Assembly: GCA_963805685.1 (NCBI GenBank)
Contig: CAWDVM010000012.1
Coordinates: forward strand, 31,614-95,613
Source of the DNA: an uncultured Actinomycetota bacterium
GTDB lineage: Bacteria > Actinomycetota > Actinomycetes > Propionibacteriales > Nocardioidaceae
Direction: 5' to 3'
DNA: 64,000 nt
In this document: one piece after another, positions 61,364-64,000 of the stretch
How positions within the stretch are numbered: position 1 is the stretch's first letter
Layout of the letters: each line of letters begins with the position of its first letter
The notes under the pieces: model-generated
Seen by the model: only the letters and a program-made list of their open reading frames with translations
Databases searched by the model: none
What the model was told of the DNA's origin: nothing
Translations under genes and position numbers: made by a program

Positions 61364-63517
61364 CTAGATATCGAGGAATCGCACGTCCTTGGCGTTGCGC
61401 TGGATGAAGGAGCGGCGCTGCTCGACGTCTTCGCCCATCAGCACGGAGAAGACCTCGTCCGCCTGGGCGGCGTCGTCGAGGGTCACCTGGAGCATCAGCC
61501 GCTGCTGGGGGTTCATCGTGGTCTCCCACAGCTCCTCGGCGTTCATCTCGCCGAGACCCTTGTACCGCTGGACCGGGTTCTCCTTGGGCAGCTTCTTGCC
61601 CTGCTCGAGCCCGTCGCGGGTGAGCGCGTCGCGCTCGGCGTCGGAGTAGACGAACTCGTGCTCGTGGGGCTTGTTCCAGCGGATCCGGTAGAGCGGCGGC
61701 TGCGCCATGTAGACGTGACCGTGCTCGATGAGCGGCTTCATGAAGCGGAACAGCAGCGTCAGCAGCAGCGTGTTGATGTGGTGGCCGTCGACGTCGGCGT
61801 CGGCCATCAGCACGACCTTGTGGTAGCGCAGCTTGTCGAGGCTGAACTCCTCCTGGATGCCGGTGCCGAGCGCGGAGATGATCGCCTGGACCTCCTGGTT
61901 GCCCAGGACCTTGTCGATGCGGGCCTTCTCGACGTTGAGGATCTTGCCGCGGATCGGGAGGATCGCCTGGACCCGCGGGTCGCGGCCCTGGCGGGCCGAT
62001 CCACCCGCGGAGTCGCCCTCGACGATGAAGACCTCGCACTCGGAGGGGTTGGTCGACTGGCAGTCCGACAGCTTGCCGGGCAGGCCGCCACCGCCGAGCA
62101 GGCCCTTCCGGTTGCGGGCCAGGTCGCGCGCCTTGCGGGCGGCGATCCGGGCCTGGGCCGCGGCCTGGGACTTCCGGATGATGTCGCGGCCCTCGGCCGG
62201 GTTCTTCTCGAACCAGTCGCCGAGCTGGTCGTTCATGATCCGCTGGACGAAGCCCTTGGCCTCGGTGTTGCCGAGCTTGGTCTTGGTCTGGCCCTCGAAC
62301 TGCGGCTCACCCAGCTTGATGGAGATGATCGCGGTGAGGCCCTCGCGGATGTCGTCGCCCGAGACGCGGTCCTCGGGCTTCTTCATCAGGCCCCACTCGA
62401 AGCCCCAGTTGTTCACGAGTCCGGTCAGCGCCGCACGGAAGCCCTCCTCGTGCGTGCCGCCCTCGTGGGTGTTGATGGTGTTGGCGAAGGTGTGGACCGA
62501 CTCCGAGAACGTCGTGTTCCACTGCATCGCCACCTCGAGGCTCATGTGGTTCTCGACCGAGTCCGGGGTCTCGGCCTCGAACGAGATCACCGAGGGGTTG
62601 GCGACCTGCTTGCGGCGGTTGAGGTGCTCGACGTAGTCGACGAGGCCGCGGTCGTACTTGAAGACCCGCTCCAGCCCGCCGCTCTCGCCCTTGCGGATCG
62701 CGTCGCTGCCCTGCTGGTCGACCTCGTCGGCGATGGTGTCGTCCTGCACCGCCTCGAGGACCTCCTCGGCGGCCGGCCGCTCGTCGCGCACCACGATCTC
62801 GAGGCCCTTGTTGAGGAAGGCGTACTCGCGGAAGCGGTTGGTGATCGTCTCCAGCGAGTAGGTCGTGGTCTCGAAGATGTCCGGGCTCGCCCAGTAGGTG
62901 ACCGTGGTGCCGGTGCGCTCACCGGGCTCCATCGGGCGCACCTGCTCGAGCGGGCCGTCCGGGTCGCCGAGGCTGAAGGACTGGCGCCACAGGTGGCCGC
63001 GGTTCTTCACCTCCACGACGAGGTGGGTCGACAGCGCGTTGACGACGGAGACGCCCACGCCGTGCAGACCACCGGAGACCTTGTACCCGCCGCCACCGAA
63101 CTTGCCGCCGGCGTGCAGCATCGTCAGCGCCATCGTCACCGCGGGCATCTCCTGCCCGGGCGCGGTGTCGGTCGGGATGCCGCGGCCGTTGTCCTCGACG
63201 CGGATCGCGCCGTCGGCCTGCATGGTCACCACGATCCGGTCGCAGTGGCCGGCCAGCGCCTCGTCGACCGCGTTGTCCACGATCTCCCAGATCAGGTGGT
63301 GCAGGCCGCGCTCGCCGGTCGAGCCGATGTACATGCCCGGACGCTTGCGGACCGCCTCGAGGCCCTCGAGGACCTGGATCGCGGAGGCGTCGTACGACGT
63401 GCCGTCGGGGGGTGCGGTGCCCCTGAGTGCCGGCGGGACGGGCGCATCGGCTGCGTCGGCAACAGTGCTCTCGACCGGGGTCTCGACGGGGCTCTCGACG
63501 TGCTGTTCGTCGGTCAC
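61364..63517 (-). CDS. gyrB: DNA gyrase subunit B
   Basis: [42 protein letters not shown]; start approximate (GTG 63517). Confidence 0.97.
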   Translation of the reverse strand: MTDEQHVESPVETPVESTVADAADAPVPPALRGTAPPDGTSYDASAIQVLEGLEAVRKRPGMYIGSTGERGLHHLIWEIVDNAVDEALAGHCDRIVVTMQADGAIRVEDNGRGIPTDTAPGQEMPAVTMALTMLHAGGKFGGGGYKVSGGLHGVGVSVVNALSTHLVVEVKNRGHLWRQSFSLGDPDGPLEQVRPMEPGERTGTTVTYWASPDIFETTTYSLETITNRFREYAFLNKGLEIVVRDERPAAEEVLEAVQDDTIADEVDQQGSDAIRKGESGGLERVFKYDRGLVDYVEHLNRRKQVANPSVISFEAETPDSVENHMSLEVAMQWNTTFSESVHTFANTINTHEGGTHEEGFRAALTGLVNNWGFEWGLMKKPEDRVSGDDIREGLTAIISIKLGEPQFEGQTKTKLGNTEAKGFVQRIMNDQLGDWFEKNPAEGRDIIRKSQAAAQARIAARKARDLARNRKGLLGGGGLPGKLSDCQSTNPSECEVFIVEGDSAGGSARQGRDPRVQAILPIRGKILNVEKARIDKVLGNQEVQAIISALGTGIQEEFSLDKLRYHKVVLMADADVDGHHINTLLLTLLFRFMKPLIEHGHVYMAQPPLYRIRWNKPHEHEFVYSDAERDALTRDGLEQGKKLPKENPVQRYKGLGEMNAEELWETTMNPQQRLMLQVTLDDAAQADEVFSVLMGEDVEQRRSFIQRNAKDVRFLDI

Positions 63518-63665
63518 ACACACCTCTTCACGATGGGCCACCCGGCCCGGGGGCGGGTGGCGATGACACACAGAAGGCCGCCGCAGCGAGGAGCCGGCGA
63601 CCCTCGCGCCATGATACCGGCCAGAGGCCCGTAAGCCACCCAGCCACCCCAGGATGGGGGGCATC

Positions 63666-63674
63666 TGTGGACAA
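63666..63674 (-). promoter_or_regulatory. Single perfect DnaA box upstream of gyrB
   Basis: TGTGGACAA = TTGTCCACA on the minus strand. Confidence 0.55.
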
Positions 63675-63803
63675 GAAAGGGCCCTGAGCGGCTCGTGAGG
63701 GCCTCTCGGGCGGCCGTTCAGGGGGTCGGATGGGTCCCCGTACGTCGGCCGGGCCGCCAGATCGTCTCGTGGGCCCGTCCCGGACCACCCGACCCGGCCC
63801 GGA

Positions 63804-63819
63804 GGTTTCATGTGAAACC
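63804..63819. other. parS centromere-like site
   Basis: GGTTTCATGTGAAACC, one mismatch to GTTTCACGTGAAAC; origin-proximal. Confidence 0.85.
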
Positions 63820-63829
63820 GCAGGGCCGC

Positions 63830-64000
63830 TCAGCCGTAGGTGTCGCGCGGACCACGCCCGTCGCGGGCCGAGCGCGGCCCCTTCTTCCACGACGGCAGGT
63901 GCGGCCCGAGCACGTCGATGATCACGACGGTCCCGTGGCCGAGCTCCTCGTTGAGCCGGCGCACGATGGTCGGGGCGAGCAGCCGCAGCTGGGTGGCCCA
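63830..64000 (-). CDS. DUF721/DciA-family protein, C-terminal part
   Basis: WATQLRLLAP...GPHLPSWKKG...GRGPRDTYG*; position upstream of gyrB. Confidence 0.85.
   Translation of the reverse strand, partial: WATQLRLLAPTIVRRLNEELGHGTVVIIDVLGPHLPSWKKGPRSARDGRGPRDTYG

Overview
High-GC actinobacterial chromosome, probably Nocardioides-like (inferred from gene order and content), just next to oriC. Right end: dciA-like fragment, parS, gyrB-gyrA, DUF3566, tRNA-Ile / DLW-39 / tRNA-Ala, then the conserved ppiA-rhomboid-crgA-DUF881 and fhaA-fhaB-pstP-rodA-pbpA-pknA-pknB cluster beside tRNA-Leu. The left 19 kb is a choline/glycine-betaine catabolic island: BetA, BetB, ABC uptake, a DMG-oxidase-like enzyme, PurU and MetF. 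It also carries an anaerobe-type corrinoid methyltransferase set (non-pyrrolysine MttB, corrinoid protein, pterin-binding methyltransferase, RamA/ASKHA activator, DUF1638), tied together by a shared 17-bp palindrome. The middle holds an AlkB-rubredoxin fusion coupled to a ferredoxin, and a two-component / DUF4956 / VTC / atypical PAP2 locus with PHO-box-like 11-bp repeats. Non-coding highlights: two structured inserts sitting exactly at translational-coupling junctions, each carrying a bridging mini-ORF (MIRU-like); a dense DnaA-box cluster downstream of crgA; a lipoprotein ORF whose only canonical starts lie inside tRNA-Ala; and twin hairpins with complementary loops. Four genes carry single-base +1 frameshifts, most likely sequencing errors. 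All family calls come from motif recognition by eye, not database searches.
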